Source: Trichosphaerium sp. ATCC 40318 (taxonomy: Eukaryota > Protista > Tubulinea). From it: DNA of 64,000 bases. Of the stretch, positions 13,733 through 26,440 are shown in pieces. The notes below the pieces were generated by a model. That model ran no database searches, had not been told where the DNA came from, and saw only the letters and a list, made by a program, of their open reading frames with translations. The position numbers and the translations under genes were made by a program. The stretch covers positions 8,683 to 72,682 of the forward strand of contig JALMLS010000250.1 of the NCBI GenBank assembly GCA_038496445.1. Reading direction: 5' to 3'. The stretch's first letter is position 1. Every line of letters begins with the position of its first letter.

Positions 13733-14885
13733 ATGATGAAGAACCTAATCACGTTTTTATGCTTTACGTTATTTCTGGTCGTTACAAAAACGAATTTAGT
13801 CTTAATTGATCCGCTCGCGTTCGTTGTAGAAGAAAGAACTCTAGATGATCCAGGGAACATTGATAACAGTACGTTCTTGTCTTACTATTGAAAATAATAC
13901 AGCAATTTATCATTTAACTTATTAATAAATGCAGCTATATTCGTGAGCGGCACAATAGTAGATGTGGCAATGTACACGTGGTCTTTTGAAAAAAAATACA
14001 ATAAAACTAAAAATGATTAGATCACGCACTGAGGTAGTCTACTACGCAGAGGATCCCAATATGATTAAGGATGATGCTAATAACGTACACTTTAATTATT
14101 TTAGTAACTCTCATTCTAATTTTGCCATAAGCTCGAATGCTTTATTAATGAAGACTTTGTCACTGGGTTAGATGTATTTGCAGGGTACTTGATTTTTTTG
14201 TTTTAATGGCAGACTAACTTTGGTTTTTTTTACAGAACTTTGCTGTATTCCGGATCTATTTCTCCAACGTTCCCTCCAGTGATTGCCAAACTAAACGATC
14301 TACCACCACTGACATCATGTGGATCAACTATACTGTGTGAATACGAAAACCAGGAAGAAATGAAATATTGTATTCAACAATGTCGTAACTTTTCATTTGG
14401 TTTTAACTTCTGCATGTAGTAGTAAATATTGATGACACTACCTTTGCTCAAATACAAACAGAACCAGATACTATAGTACTACATGACTTTCCAGAAAGTA
14501 TTGGGGCTACATGTGAGAACAGAAGAGCGTATCTAATTCCACAATCTTGCAGTCCATCAGGCACGTGTTTGTTTTAGCTTTTGAATATTTATTCAACCTG
14601 TTCGTTTTGGTATGACATTTAACCTCTTTCACAGGACTTACTAGACTTTCTAATGTGGCTGTCGGTATTCTTTGTTTAGAAGGCGGTGTACTAGACTTCA
14701 ATATCAGAACGTACCGTTTTGGACCAAGCGCCTATCCAGGATTTGAAACAATCCCAGGGCAACGTACAGGTATTGATGTAGCTTTCCCAAGAACAGAAGA
14801 ACAGAAAGGTGCAATACGTGCTTTGAGAAGAGATATCGAAGCATTTGTTGATCCTCCCAAACGATTCAATTTCCAAAACCAATAG
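13733..14885 (+). CDS. Secreted hypothetical protein, multi-exon
   Basis: Signal peptide MMKNLITFLCFTLFLVVT; exons join in frame including a GC-AG intron 14561-14634; ends ...FNFQNQ*. Confidence 0.65.
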
Positions 14886-15548
14886 CTAAATTCAAATGTA
14901 ACAAAAAACACTACCAAACTTTTTATTCTTCCTTGAGTACAACAAAAATGGTTGGAGAATGGTTCTTTTACTGGCAGTGCAGCAACATACCAGGTCTACT
15001 AGTTACACCTTTCAGGGTGCCTAGCAGTCCACTTTATACCATTTTCTGTGGTACAAAGTTGGAGCGCTAGCATAGGCAGTGTATTACGTACACTAACGTT
15101 TAACGTTAAGAAACGTGTAACACATTATGGTACTAAAGTAACAATAATGCATCTACCATCTTGAGAGCTTTACAGACCCATCAAATGGCATTTATCCTAT
15201 CCAAGTAGTAATACCTAGGTAAGGATACCAGAACCCATCATCAATGACAATACCAACCACTAGTAACAAGGTGTAGAGTCGTTTTAGTATTGCAAAAAAT
15301 TGGCAATAAGAAAAAGTGGTAATAATGCTTTCTCTCAGAGAATCGTTTTGGATGGGCGTCTTAATTAAAACACGTTGAGGCCAGTTGATAACAAACTATT
15401 CGTTTATTTCCTTAGCGTTTACAAATAGAACGTCACGAATACGTACCAAATGAGGGTACCGTCGCGATACCTACCTCTCTAGGTATTAATGCTACGCAAA
15501 ATGTCGAGAATATCTTTGAATTACCAGTACCAAGCAATACTACTTACC

Positions 15549-16648
15549 ATGGGATCTTCAGAGCCTATTGATACCAGTGATGCTTTTTTAATACCTGAAA
15601 TGATGCTCGCAGTAATAGAGACTTGTGATTTTCCAACACAACTAATACTGCGTCTGGTAAGCGTCAAGACAAAAGTATTGGTAACAACGTCGCTTTCATT
15701 CAAAAAGGTAACAAAACTATTTTAAACAGCTCAAACCGCTGCGAATATCACTTAAACTGCGTAAAGGCAAGACGACAAGGCGCTAGACGCCTCAGAAAAG
15801 AGTACCTACTATTAGAGAAACAAAACGACGTCATACTCCATATCAACTTAATATCTCACACCAGAAAATGGGAAATAACATTTAAAGGACCGGTACTTAT
15901 GCAACCACGTGATAAGCCGTTTTTACTTACTTTGAAACAAGAAAGAATCACCTTATGTTGGAGGCTACTTTGTTGTCGAATTTAAGTTCCCAGTACGTCT
16001 CTTAACACGTGATAATGAATGTGTTGTAATCTTTTAAGGGTCTTCAACACCTTAAAGCAGTGTAAACACTTCTACTGTACCCAGTGATTACTTGCTTTAT
16101 CATTCAACCCAAAAGCAACTTTTTTTACCTTTTTTGAACAATTTGTACTTCAGCTAATTATAGCTCAGTATTAGCATCAAACAAAAGTTTTGTACTAACA
16201 AAATATAGAAAGGGTATCCTTTTAAACCTCCAGTGTGTACAATGAAAACAAAGACTTACCATCCTATGGTATGTTGATTTTTATATTATCCACAAAAAAA
16301 AAACCAAACCAACAGCATCACAACTTTTATGTTTGTGTTCAAACCTTCTATTGTAGGTGAGTGAACTAGGATACTTATCATTTAAATTAATTCATTATAA
16401 TTGGTCTCCTGCAGTTAAAGTTTCAAACGTAATTGAGTTTATTCTCACAGAAATGGCCAATCTTGATAGTGGTACTTTTTTGATAAAAGTTCATATCCCT
16501 CAAATTGTTCTGTACCCTAACACATTGCTCTATAGAAACAATTCTTAACGTAGAAGCACACCAGCTTCTGATATCGAACAGAGAACAGTTTAAGAGAAAG
16601 GCAGCTGATTGGACACTGCTGTATGCATCAACCCCACCTCCTGTGTAA
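15549..16648 (+). CDS. F-box-like + inactive ubiquitin-conjugating (UEV) fusion protein, paralog 1
   Basis: Exon 1 LIPEMMLAVIETCDFPTQLILRLVSVKTKVLV (F-box-like); then RRLRKEY...WEITFKGPKESPYVGGYFVVEFKFPKGYPFKPP...TKTYHPMVSELGYLSFKLIHYNWSP...NREQFKRKAADWT; Ser at the catalytic Cys position. Alternative start at 15489. Confidence 0.8.
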
Positions 16649-16922
16649 GCATACTTGCTGTTTTACCATTGGATAAGCAGCATTACCCTCAGGTTCTAGA
16701 ACTGTTCACCTTGTGATTATCATATTCAGTCTTACTTGTAAATACTGTATAATAATTCAATCCATTCAAAGGAGTTTTTACCAGTCGAAAAAGTGCAAAT
16801 GTACAACTATCAATTTTCTGTAAGCTTGAATGAGCAATAACTGTAATCACGACCGCAATGTAGCTTTCTAACTTCTCAAATATCAAGAGTTGGTTCGACA
16901 TACCTTTTAAACTAGAACACAC

Positions 16923-17408
16923 ATGAAAGTCCTTAAAGATATTTTAAAGACAAGACAGTACAAAGTCATGAATAATACAACAAAGCTTCGTGAAAATCAC
17001 TTCTCTATTTTATGTACGGGTGCCGTAAAATCAAAGCAACACTGTATAACAAATAATGATCTGAAAGCACTATAAGGCGTTGATAGCATTGACTTAAGTT
17101 ACACTTCAGTGTCTGATGAAGGCATCAAGGCTTTCAGGTGTTCAACGATCAATCTTAGTTCAACATCAGTTACAGATGAAGGAGTTAAGACAGTACAAAT
17201 TGACCTGAAAGCACTTCAAAAAGGCATCAAAGTGCTACAAGATGTTCGTAAGATTACTTTAACATCTACTACAAATGAAGCCATCTATGCACCAGCAGAA
17301 GAGCTATTTTCCATAGGTGTGACAGATATCGACTTGAAAGAATTATCATTTCTTATTAAATTCTTAAACAATGTGCACATCTTTGAACTACTCGCAATCA
17401 TGAGATAG
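16923..17408 (+). pseudogene. Intronless LRR gene remnant (ITDEGIKAL-type repeats)
   Basis: ITNNDLKAL*GVDSIDLSYTSVSDEGIKAF...INLSSTSVTDEGVK, with an in-frame TAA at 17073-17075; related to 25735-26115. Confidence 0.65.
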
Positions 17409-17551
17409 TTTAGGGTGTTCACCGTTCTTGTAACCTAAATAAACGGATACAAAATGCTCACATCACTGTATTCTTACTAGCAAATGCAGACAATTAAGCC
17501 CAAGTGTTCACAGGCGAAAGAAGTAATTTTTATTGTATTTTAATAGCGAAA

Positions 17552-19956
17552 TTACAAAAACTCTGGTATCGTAAAGTAAAATCTTTCCTTAGGTTCACGT
17601 GCTTCCATTGGTGGTACGTCAAGGAGAACTTCAGAAGATTCTGGTATCTTTTCTTCCCAAGTGATATCAGGCCTTAAAAAGGACAGTGAGTACCATGTCA
17701 AGTGCAAATACAAACACTATTGTCAACATAAAAAGGCAATTACCTGTAATGTGTGATTGTCTTCTGTATTGAGCCAATATCTCCCTGTAGTAATAAGTGT
17801 AAGTGTATATTATACTCTAATAGGTAAAAAATATTTTCAATAACGTACTTTCCACCAGAAAGGTATTCTGACTACAGTGTAACCTAAAAAAAAAGGTGAA
17901 CAAAACTAATGAAAAAATAAAAACAAACCTAGTTTTGTCAGGTGACCGTGTTTCTCTTGCTCTCTCAATGCGTCAACTAGTTTAGGTCCAAACCTAAATC
18001 CATTTTGTGCTTCAAAATAGTTTTCGCGATCTAAGGTACAGAGTAAGAAGCTTAGCAAAAAAAAAATAAAAAAATAAAAAGGCGCTCTTACCTTGCCAAT
18101 CCAATACAAGTTTAAGTTTAGGAATATAAACAGTAACTTCAGTGTTCTTTTCAGTAATAGAAAATTTATAGCTGTCTAATACTTCATATGGCTTAAATAG
18201 AAGAACAGAATGTTTATACAAGTGCCTAACAATAAAAACATTAAGATTGATTTTCAACAAAGTTTTTCTTCATCATCAAGCGATTGAAGAATAAAGAACG
18301 TACCTCTTTGGACCGTTATCTGCTTTTGAAAAACAAGCAAATTCCCAGAGATAGTCTGGGTTTGAAAGTTGGAAGATACCAGGATGATACTTAAGTATCT
18401 CTTTTCCTTTTTCAAGCTTTCCGATCTCTGAGCGTGTCTTCCAATACCACTGCTCTGGAGATGTAATACCCAACTCTTTCTCAGCAGCTTTACAATAAAT
18501 AAGTACCAAGAACAAATAGAAAAAGTGTAAATGCTAAACAACTCATCACGTGTATAGAGTAACAAAATTTGAAAGAAAAACTTTTCACTTGTACTTTTTT
18601 TTGGTAGTACGTACTTTTGATGTAATCTATAAGTTCTTGAGATGGTTTTTCATCTTCCTTTGGATATGGTTTTGGATAATTTACAATTTCTTTTTCACGA
18701 ATAGTATCACGGCTGTAGATATTTAATGAATCGCAAATTGAAAAAATAAAATTTTCTCAAACAGCAATACATACCCGCGAAAGATGGAATCATAAAAATC
18801 CCATTCTGGAAATACTGTACGGCACATGTTCAATAGTTTTCCCTTGTAGCTTTATAATATATATTAGCACACATGTAATTCATTTATACAACGTTGGATG
18901 TGATATTAGCCCGAGATAGGACGAAAAAGATTTGAAAAAAAACATACAATTCATTCAGCTTTTGGCCGCCTTGTCTTTTTACGATATCCTTTGTGACTTG
19001 TGCCCAATCATATGGTGTCATATACCCTTGGGCTAGTGCCAATCGCTCAAGGAAATGGCGTGCCATACGTACTTCCTCAAAGTACTTTTGTAGAGGCTCT
19101 CTAGCACCAATCGTTAAATTAAACATAAACAATTCAATTTTGGGTTTGTATGACACTTACTTGAAAACCCACCACTGCCATAAGTACTCTGGATACAATG
19201 CATCTAATGCATGGAATATTGAGTCGTATCTAACGCCAAACAGGTGAGCAACACAAGAAAATTGGCTCAACAGCAAAAAAAGTATTGAAAAAAAGATGAT
19301 GAAATGCTTATGGACTCGCTAAACCGCTGTGTGCTTAAAACGCGGATTCACTGCGCCAAAGCTAAGTGTAGCGTCTTTTTGGGGAGTTCTTGAACGTACT
19401 TGTTGAGAATACCTGCGCCTCCGTATCTCTTAACCTCTTGTATAGTGAATTTATACCAATGCTCCGGCCTGTTGACAAGTGTCAGTTTTTACAAAATCAT
19501 GTAAGCTGTCGTGGAGCGCATTCGCAGGTTAAACGCTATAGACGTGTACCTAGAGATTTCCATGCGTTCTGTAATGTTGTTTTCAATAAATCGCCGTTGT
19601 TTACCGCCAATGATTCTGTACTTCTTTGGTCTGAAAGATGCTGCTATAGTAGTGGAATCTATTGGTTTTGGGATAGGCGGTAGATAACCTACATCCTGCT
19701 CTTCTTCGTCCTCTTCGTATCCTTGGCGTTTATTAAGCATCATATAAAGTTTTGGTAGCGATTAACACATGTTAACGCCAGGGCTAAGTAAAAAACGTTC
19801 AAAGCTATTTAAATAGCGTCGATCTGTAGTGGCAATAACAATTTCATTGTTGTCAAATTCGTTTAAGTAAAACGTACTGGCATAGCAACGAGTAGACTGT
19901 ATTACGCTATTATAAGTACGAGAGCTAACTTTCTGTAGAGTTCTGCAAAACATCAT
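17552..19956 (-). CDS. Predicted mitochondrial protein with three WY..GG..YP..W helical repeats and a degenerate C-terminal PD-(D/E)XK/RAP-like domain
   Basis: R/S/T-rich, acid-free N-terminus ending RCYA; repeats PEHWYKF..RYGGAGILNK..YPEYLWQWW, PYDWAQV..RQGGQKL..FPEWDF, PEQWYWK..NPDYLWEF; C-terminal EVTVYIPKLKLVLDWQ...EQEK...LGYTVVRIPFWW. Confidence 0.7.
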
Positions 19957-20169
19957 CTGTAGCTACCAACTATACGCGTATAAGGATGAAGATGACCTGC
20001 TGTAAGATGCTTGCAATTTAAATTCGCCACAGCAGTGAATTTAAGGTCAAAGACTTGCGCACACTTATTTTTTTTGTTTTTTTTTTACTGCCAAACAGGC
20101 GCTTATGACGCAACAAGACCTTGGGCCACTAAGAGTGTTTACAGAATGTGGTTAACTGCAGAAATGTCG

Positions 20170-20432
20170 GCATACACTTTGCAGTAAAAATGCCGAATAT
20201 TGTGCAAGTTTCCCTGTCATTTAGAGCGCTTTTTATAAAGAAAACTCGTAAAGTTTTCAGCTGTAGCGTTTGTTGTCATTTTTTGGAGTGTTTACAAAGA
20301 AAACTCGCACTGTTTTCGGCTTTTTTGCCTCTCGCTCACAACGCTCCTGAAACGCATACAAATTGTCGAAATTGGCTCTACCACGCATGCAAAGCTATAC
20401 AGAGGCGGAAACGCAAAAGTGGAATCGACATC
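20170..20432 (+). repeat. Dispersed non-coding repeat, copy 1 (~260 bp)
   Basis: Highly similar to the reverse complement of 53905-54170 (shared aaagaaaactcgtaaagttttcagctgtagcgtttgttgtcattttttggagtgtttacaaagaaaactcgcactgttttcg). Confidence 0.9.
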
Positions 20433-20596
20433 TCAAATTTTTGCTCGATTGTATGTACAACCTAACCAACGTGTAACCAAATATTTTACAGTCAAGACGT
20501 CTCTGTGTAGATTTCTTATTGTTTTCGCATCGCTTGGTATTCCTCTGCCTTAAACAGCCAATAAATTCATTCGTTCCACTCACTAGCTAGCGCTAA

Positions 20597-21073
20597 ATGC
20601 AGGTCAATACCCAAACCCGCAACTGGACAATGCATACAACGGCCAAACTCATTTTCTGGTTCCAAGCCGTTCAAGGTGTCTTTTTTGCTGGCGCTCTAAT
20701 ATTCTTCCAACAATTCTACCTTGCTTTGATGGACTTTATTGGTACTAGTGTGCTAGGAGGACCAACTGACAATTTGTGGGCACGCCAACAGCACGACACC
20801 TTTCATATCTCTTTTTCAGGAGCTGGATGTCTTGTAGCTACATTTGGATCATTGTACGCGCTGTACGTGGACAGATATGAAGTTGTAAACACCGTTTTGC
20901 TTCAGCAACAAGTTTGGATGTGGTCTGGAGCTATATTGTTTCTAATTGATGGTATTTTGAATGGTTCTGGGCATGCTGCTTATTTCGGTGCATCTGTTTG
21001 CGCAATTCAAGCAATTTGGTTCACAATCGCCTTCTTGACATTAAAAAAGCCTGTAAGCACAAAGAGAGACTAA
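20597..21073 (+). CDS. Intronless membrane protein with ~4 TM segments, unknown function
   Basis: 158-aa ORF with four hydrophobic segments; AATAAA overlaps the stop. Confidence 0.75.
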   Translation: MQVNTQTRNWTMHTTAKLIFWFQAVQGVFFAGALIFFQQFYLALMDFIGTSVLGGPTDNLWARQQHDTFHISFSGAGCLVATFGSLYALYVDRYEVVNTVLLQQQVWMWSGAILFLIDGILNGSGHAAYFGASVCAIQAIWFTIAFLTLKKPVSTKRD

Positions 21074-21241
21074 ATAAATGATAAAACTCGTGTTGTAATC
21101 GCGAAACATCTTTCATTACACAGTAGCACTAAGCACCGCGATGGCCAACGCGACTTTGAAAAATATTGAAATTTCTTGAATTTTATTGCGTTTTCAAAAT
21201 AGTCAGCCACTCCTGAGATGCACAAACGCCTTCGATAAACG

Positions 21242-24200
21242 ATGGATTATGTAGAAAAATTCTTTGATGGCCTCCAGGGGTATTTTAACCTCAATGCGGC
21301 CACTTTGAGTGGAGCTATCGATATCGTGGTGGTAGAACAACCAGATGGCACTCTGAAGTGCACTCCGTTCCATGTCCGCTTCGGCAAACGACAGTTGATT
21401 AATTCAAGGGAGAAAACGGTAATTCCATTAGACTGGCACTTTAAAATTTTTACATGCGCTCTAAACCTCAAATACCGCATTCGTGCACAAACTTCAGCGG
21501 TTAATAGTGTTTTAGGTGACTATTTACGTTAATGGAGAACCTACTGAGATGAGGATGAAGCTGGGCTCAAGGGGTGAAGCATACTTCGTTGCAGAAACAA
21601 AAGTACGCACAATTTTTTTCTACAGCACTCAAGTCATGGGCTCGAGTGAACCCTTTGCACAAGCGCTTTCTCTGGCGCTAACAAACGACCTCCACAGCAA
21701 AATGTTTAACACTTGTTACTTCTGGAATTTACTTCAATAGGAAGCTCCACCAATTGGCCAAATGGCAACCTCACCTATTGCTTCTCCTTCTCTCACTCGG
21801 GAAAGTTCCAGAACAGTACGTCAACTTTTTTTATGTAATTTGGCAATATCGCTACTTCTACGGCTCATCAAACATCTTGGGTCTTGAGGGCCTGTTTACT
21901 GCAAAATAAATTTCATCACAACTCAAGTAACAAACTTTTTTTCCTCCAATTGGGACTGTTCTAAAATATTCGTAGCGCATTCCAGACAAGCGTGACCCTT
22001 TATCTATTCCATTGACTGCATACATGGAGGAAGCGAATGAAGAAGAACCACTCATATCAAGCTCAGCGCCATTACCAATCGTTCGCATTAATGGTACATA
22101 TTTTATAGAAAAAAAAATTTGCGCTGGAAGTGTCACTTTTACGAAAAGTTTTTCCGTTTGGGTTTTTTTTCATGTTTTTTATTCGTAACTCGTAACCTCT
22201 GCTGTAGAACTTACACCACGGTCTCGTAAGAAACTTGAACCTTATTATGACGCCGAAACAATTCGACTATCATCATCATACGTCGCTCCAAGCGAGATCC
22301 CAGTGAGTTTATATTTTTGTTTTCTAGTATTCCGACAACTTTTTTTTATTTTCCGTTTGTGAAACTTGGCCTGATTATTTTTGTTTAGGCTTTACAACAA
22401 GCGCAACCAGGTGTTACTTGGTCTTGGGGAGATGTGCCTGTTATTGAAAGAAGTGAACAGGATATGGCACGTAACGTGCTTTCAGACAGTGAAGGTAAAA
22501 ATACATTCAGACTTTTTTTGTTTTCTGGATCTATTAAAAAAACACACATTCGAGTTTTCTCGACTACTGAAACAGATTATTTGTTCTTTAATCTAACACG
22601 CAATAGTAAACGTATACAATGCCCCTGAACCTGAGTTAAATAATGGTACGCACAAGCACGAAATTAAATAAAATTAACAACAAGACCTACCAAAATCATC
22701 TCTCCTAACACATCGTTTAGAAGCACGTAATAAAAGTTGGCTTTCTTGGCTATCGTTTAGTCGCGCTCAGAACCCTAAATCTGTACGGTGTTTTGTAGTT
22801 TTTTTTCATATAATTGTGCTGACGTGGATTTTTTGTACAGGATTCTACAGCTGATGTGGAAGGGCTAGACGATGGTACGTTTTTTTTTGTTTTGATCAAC
22901 TAGGTTTAAAATCACCTTACTCGATTTTAGAATCTCCTATTGTTGGTAATCATAGGCTCCCTGTGATAGAGGGAAGTTCTGAATCCTCTGAGTTTGTTGT
23001 AGATACTGACATACCAACTGGTACGTGGTAAAATTAATTGTACCAAAAATTACAGCAAACCCAAAAAATGCGCTGTATTGCTTTTTTATCTTCCGCAATT
23101 TGCTAATACTTGCTTGAAGGCGTTATTGAGAAAGATGACGATATGTTTGATATGGACCTAGATGAGTCACCAGGTAAGCATCATCACACGTGATAATTAT
23201 GCTTGAAACGTAGAAGATAGTTTTAACTATTTTTTTTTTGTGTCTAACTTGAGCTTAGAGCATCTTACTGTCTCTGAAGTGAACGCAGAAAGAGAAAGAA
23301 CAGATTCAAAAGAAGTTTACAGACAAGCAAATAGTAGTGATACAACACAAGTTACTGCAGCATTAAAGAGGATGGAAAGCCTAGAACACGACGATGTCGC
23401 AAAAAATATACACAAACATACAGATGAAAAGGTAACCTTGTTCTTGTTTTCTCATTAAATCTATTTTACTTCGTTGTTCCTTATACAGTTCTTAGCATAA
23501 ATTAAATGGTATTGATTGGAGTAAGCTTGAGGAGTTGGATATTCAGTTGAGTCTTTGCGGAAGAGATATTTTTCAAGAAGATGATGAAGAGGTATGGCTT
23601 GTTTTTTTCTTGTTTGCTTTAATTTGTTGTTGTTGTTCGTTTTTCGCTTACAAAGTATGTAGAAAGCCGTTGCGCTATTCCAAGAACACGCTTTGACACT
23701 TGATAAAATGGCAGAGAACCCTCAGGCTCTTGCATCGCCTAATCTAATCGCAAAAATAAAAAATAAGTACGTTGGATTCAGTAAAACTCTGACGACGTTG
23801 TATCTTTCCTACTCGCTCTTATTGTATACTAGATATCTGCCATGGTCAATTGCTAGTACTGCTATTGTATCTGTCCTAGTATTTAAAACACCACTGGATT
23901 CTAAACTCATTGAAACTCTTTATGAAGATTTTTTAATCGAAGTAAGAAAAGAAACTGAAAAAAAGAATGTTGAGCAAGGTGGTTGGAGTTGGTTCTGGCC
24001 ACGTAGACCAAGCTCTACAAGTGTACGTTATCCCTTAGGCGCATGACGGCATATATTACGCGATACGAAGTTAACTTCGGTCTACAGGATACCCCAAAAC
24101 CAGTCATTCCAAAAGAAGTTAATAAAGAGGCGACCGAACAAGCCGTTAGATCACGATCACTAAGTCCTGTCCGAGGATCTGATGATGAATCTGTCAGTAC

Positions 24201-25560
24201 GGATCCAGAGACATTTTACCAAAAGAGTGTTATGCCACCACCAGAGATGCTTGTACGTACCATCCCTCTTTTTGAAAACGAATCGAACGATGAACAGCCT
24301 GCTGTTTTGTATAAAATTTAGTTGATTGTTCACTTAGAAAGCACTTAACTTGGTCCCTGGACGTAATGAAATAGTCTTCAGTGTATATAGTACACTTCAA
24401 GGCGAACAAAACGTACGTACATGAGTGTTAAGTCACTACAAACATATTTCTAAACTTAAACTTTTTAGGTGCACGCAAGCATTTACTTTTACACTGCAAA
24501 AGACAAACTTGTCATTTCTGATATAGATGGAACTATCACAAGGTAAGAGTGGATTAAAACACTATTTTATTATCCTCTGACTGTCTCTAGATCTGATGTT
24601 TATGGTCATGTATTGCCTTGGTTAGGTAAAGACTGGTCTCATGCTGGTATTGCTGAGTTGTACACAAATATTAAAAAGAATGGATACAAAATCATATATT
24701 TGACATCACGTGCAATTGGTCAGGTAAACCAGTCTATCTTCTTGGTTTTTTTTGTAGACAAAGATGTTCTCTAACTGTTTTATTACAAAGGCTGAGATTA
24801 CAAAAGCGTTTTTGGAAGGTGTTGCACAGTTTAAGGATGACGCTCTCGCAAATGAAATAGCTAAATCAGAGAACCCTGAAGAGGCTCTGAATGATGCTAG
24901 AAGGGCTGCACTTGTACATACATTACCTGATGGACCCGTTTTCATGTCACCTGCGCGATTGTTAAGCGCTATCAATAGGTACAAAAAAAAAGGTAAAGCA
25001 ACGTCAGTGCTAAGGTTTTTTACAGGGAGGTTATTCTACGCAAGCCTGAAGAGTTTAAAATCAAATGCTTGAGTGATATTAAAGATTTATGGCCTAATGG
25101 AATAAATCCTTTCTACGCTGGTTTTGGAAATCGTATTACCGTACGTTTAGCGCTAGTGTAAATTGTTTTTGGTGATTTGTTTTTTTGTGGATATTTTTTG
25201 GATTTTTATTCACTTGTTGTTTGCTCATACTTGTTACCTAGGATCAACGTTCATACTTGAAAGTTGGTATTCCAGATGGTAGAATATTCATTGTTAACCC
25301 AAAGAGTGAAATTACGATAAATAACTTGAATGGGTCTAACTGGACGTACGTGGAAAAAAAAAAGAAGAAGAATGCCTTGTAGTTTTTTTTGTTTATTTCT
25401 ACTTAGGTACAAAAACATCAATCAGTTGCTTAAGAGCGTTTTCCCAACATTGTCTACTACTCAAAGGTCTGAATTAGAAGCCTTAGAATACAGTGACACT
25501 TCATACTGGGGTGCTACATCAAATGTGTATGACTCAGACGACTTGGAAGATTTTGTATGA
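21242..25560 (+). CDS. LPIN: Lipin / phosphatidate phosphatase (Pah1/Ned1 family)
   Basis: N-LIP ([35 protein letters not shown]), middle domain (LSLCG), C-LIP with [43 protein letters not shown]. Confidence 0.95.
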
Positions 25561-25734
25561 AGAACCAACAAAAAAGAAAAAAAAATCCTGTAAATACAAA
25601 ACTGTACAAACATTAAAAAAAACCTAGCTAATATCGTGTTGATGCGTTTCACTTATAAAGAACCTACTTTAAAGCTTGCGTACAATTGAGTAAGAATTCT
25701 TTTTTAAATAGCACAGCTGTTGTAAATTACTGTC

Positions 25735-26115
25735 TTAGATTTGCTTTTTGTTGCATAAGATTTCATCGAATAAGATTTCATGAATATTACCCAATTGCAT
25801 GACATATTTATCTATTATCTGTTGGCAACCCAAAGTGATTTCATGCGCGCTTGACAATGCCTTGATACCCTCATCTGTTACATTACAGGAACTCAAGTCA
25901 ACAGTATGAACACCAGCCAATGCTTTGATGCCTTCATCTGTTATATTACAACAGCTCAAGTTGATCTTAACACCAGTCAATGCTTTTAAACCTTCGTCTG
26001 TAATTCTTCTATCCATTAAAGATATTTCATATACACCAGTCGTAAATTGCACGTGATTATCTTTAATGTGCCCATGTAAAGTAATTGGGGTAGCCTTTGT
26101 TGCCGTATTTATCAT
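25735..26115 (-). CDS. Intronless short LRR protein (ITDEGIKALAGVHTVDLS repeats); may be a fragment
   Basis: Three to four repeats: ITDEGLKALTGVKINLSCCN, ITDEGIKALAGVHTVDLSSCN, VTDEGIKALSSAHEITL. Confidence 0.65.
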   Translation of the reverse strand: MINTATKATPITLHGHIKDNHVQFTTGVYEISLMDRRITDEGLKALTGVKINLSCCNITDEGIKALAGVHTVDLSSCNVTDEGIKALSSAHEITLGCQQIIDKYVMQLGNIHEILFDEILCNKKQI

Positions 26116-26440
26116 TATGTGCTGTTGAATGGTATTCTGTTTGCTTTGTATCTAGCCGTTCAGTCATGTTTGTTAAACACAAGAGCGAAGCTGCTGAGGC
26201 TCTTAGCAAGCTTAAAGAAAAGAGGTATGCTATTCAAATAACAAACTTAGAACAACGGTCAAATTGTGAATGACAGTTGCATTTGTTGAGACTAATAGGC
26301 CTATGAAGACTGGAAATCATTTAAATGTACAACACGTATTGATGCACAATTTTAGTTACATTGTCACTTTTTTATGCTCACTATGGACTTAAATAGCAAA
26401 AGGATTGCTTAAGCCAAATCTCCAAGATATCTTGTACAAA

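Noticed and set aside
16210-16225. GTATCCTT as a U12-type minor intron donor
   Set aside because: It lies in coding sequence (GYPF of the UBC fold); I saw no AT-AC or U12-type introns.
20148-20465. Similar ORFs at 20148 (+) and 53917 (-) as a protein family
   Set aside because: They start at non-ATG codons and indels change the frame between copies; this is a DNA-level repeat.
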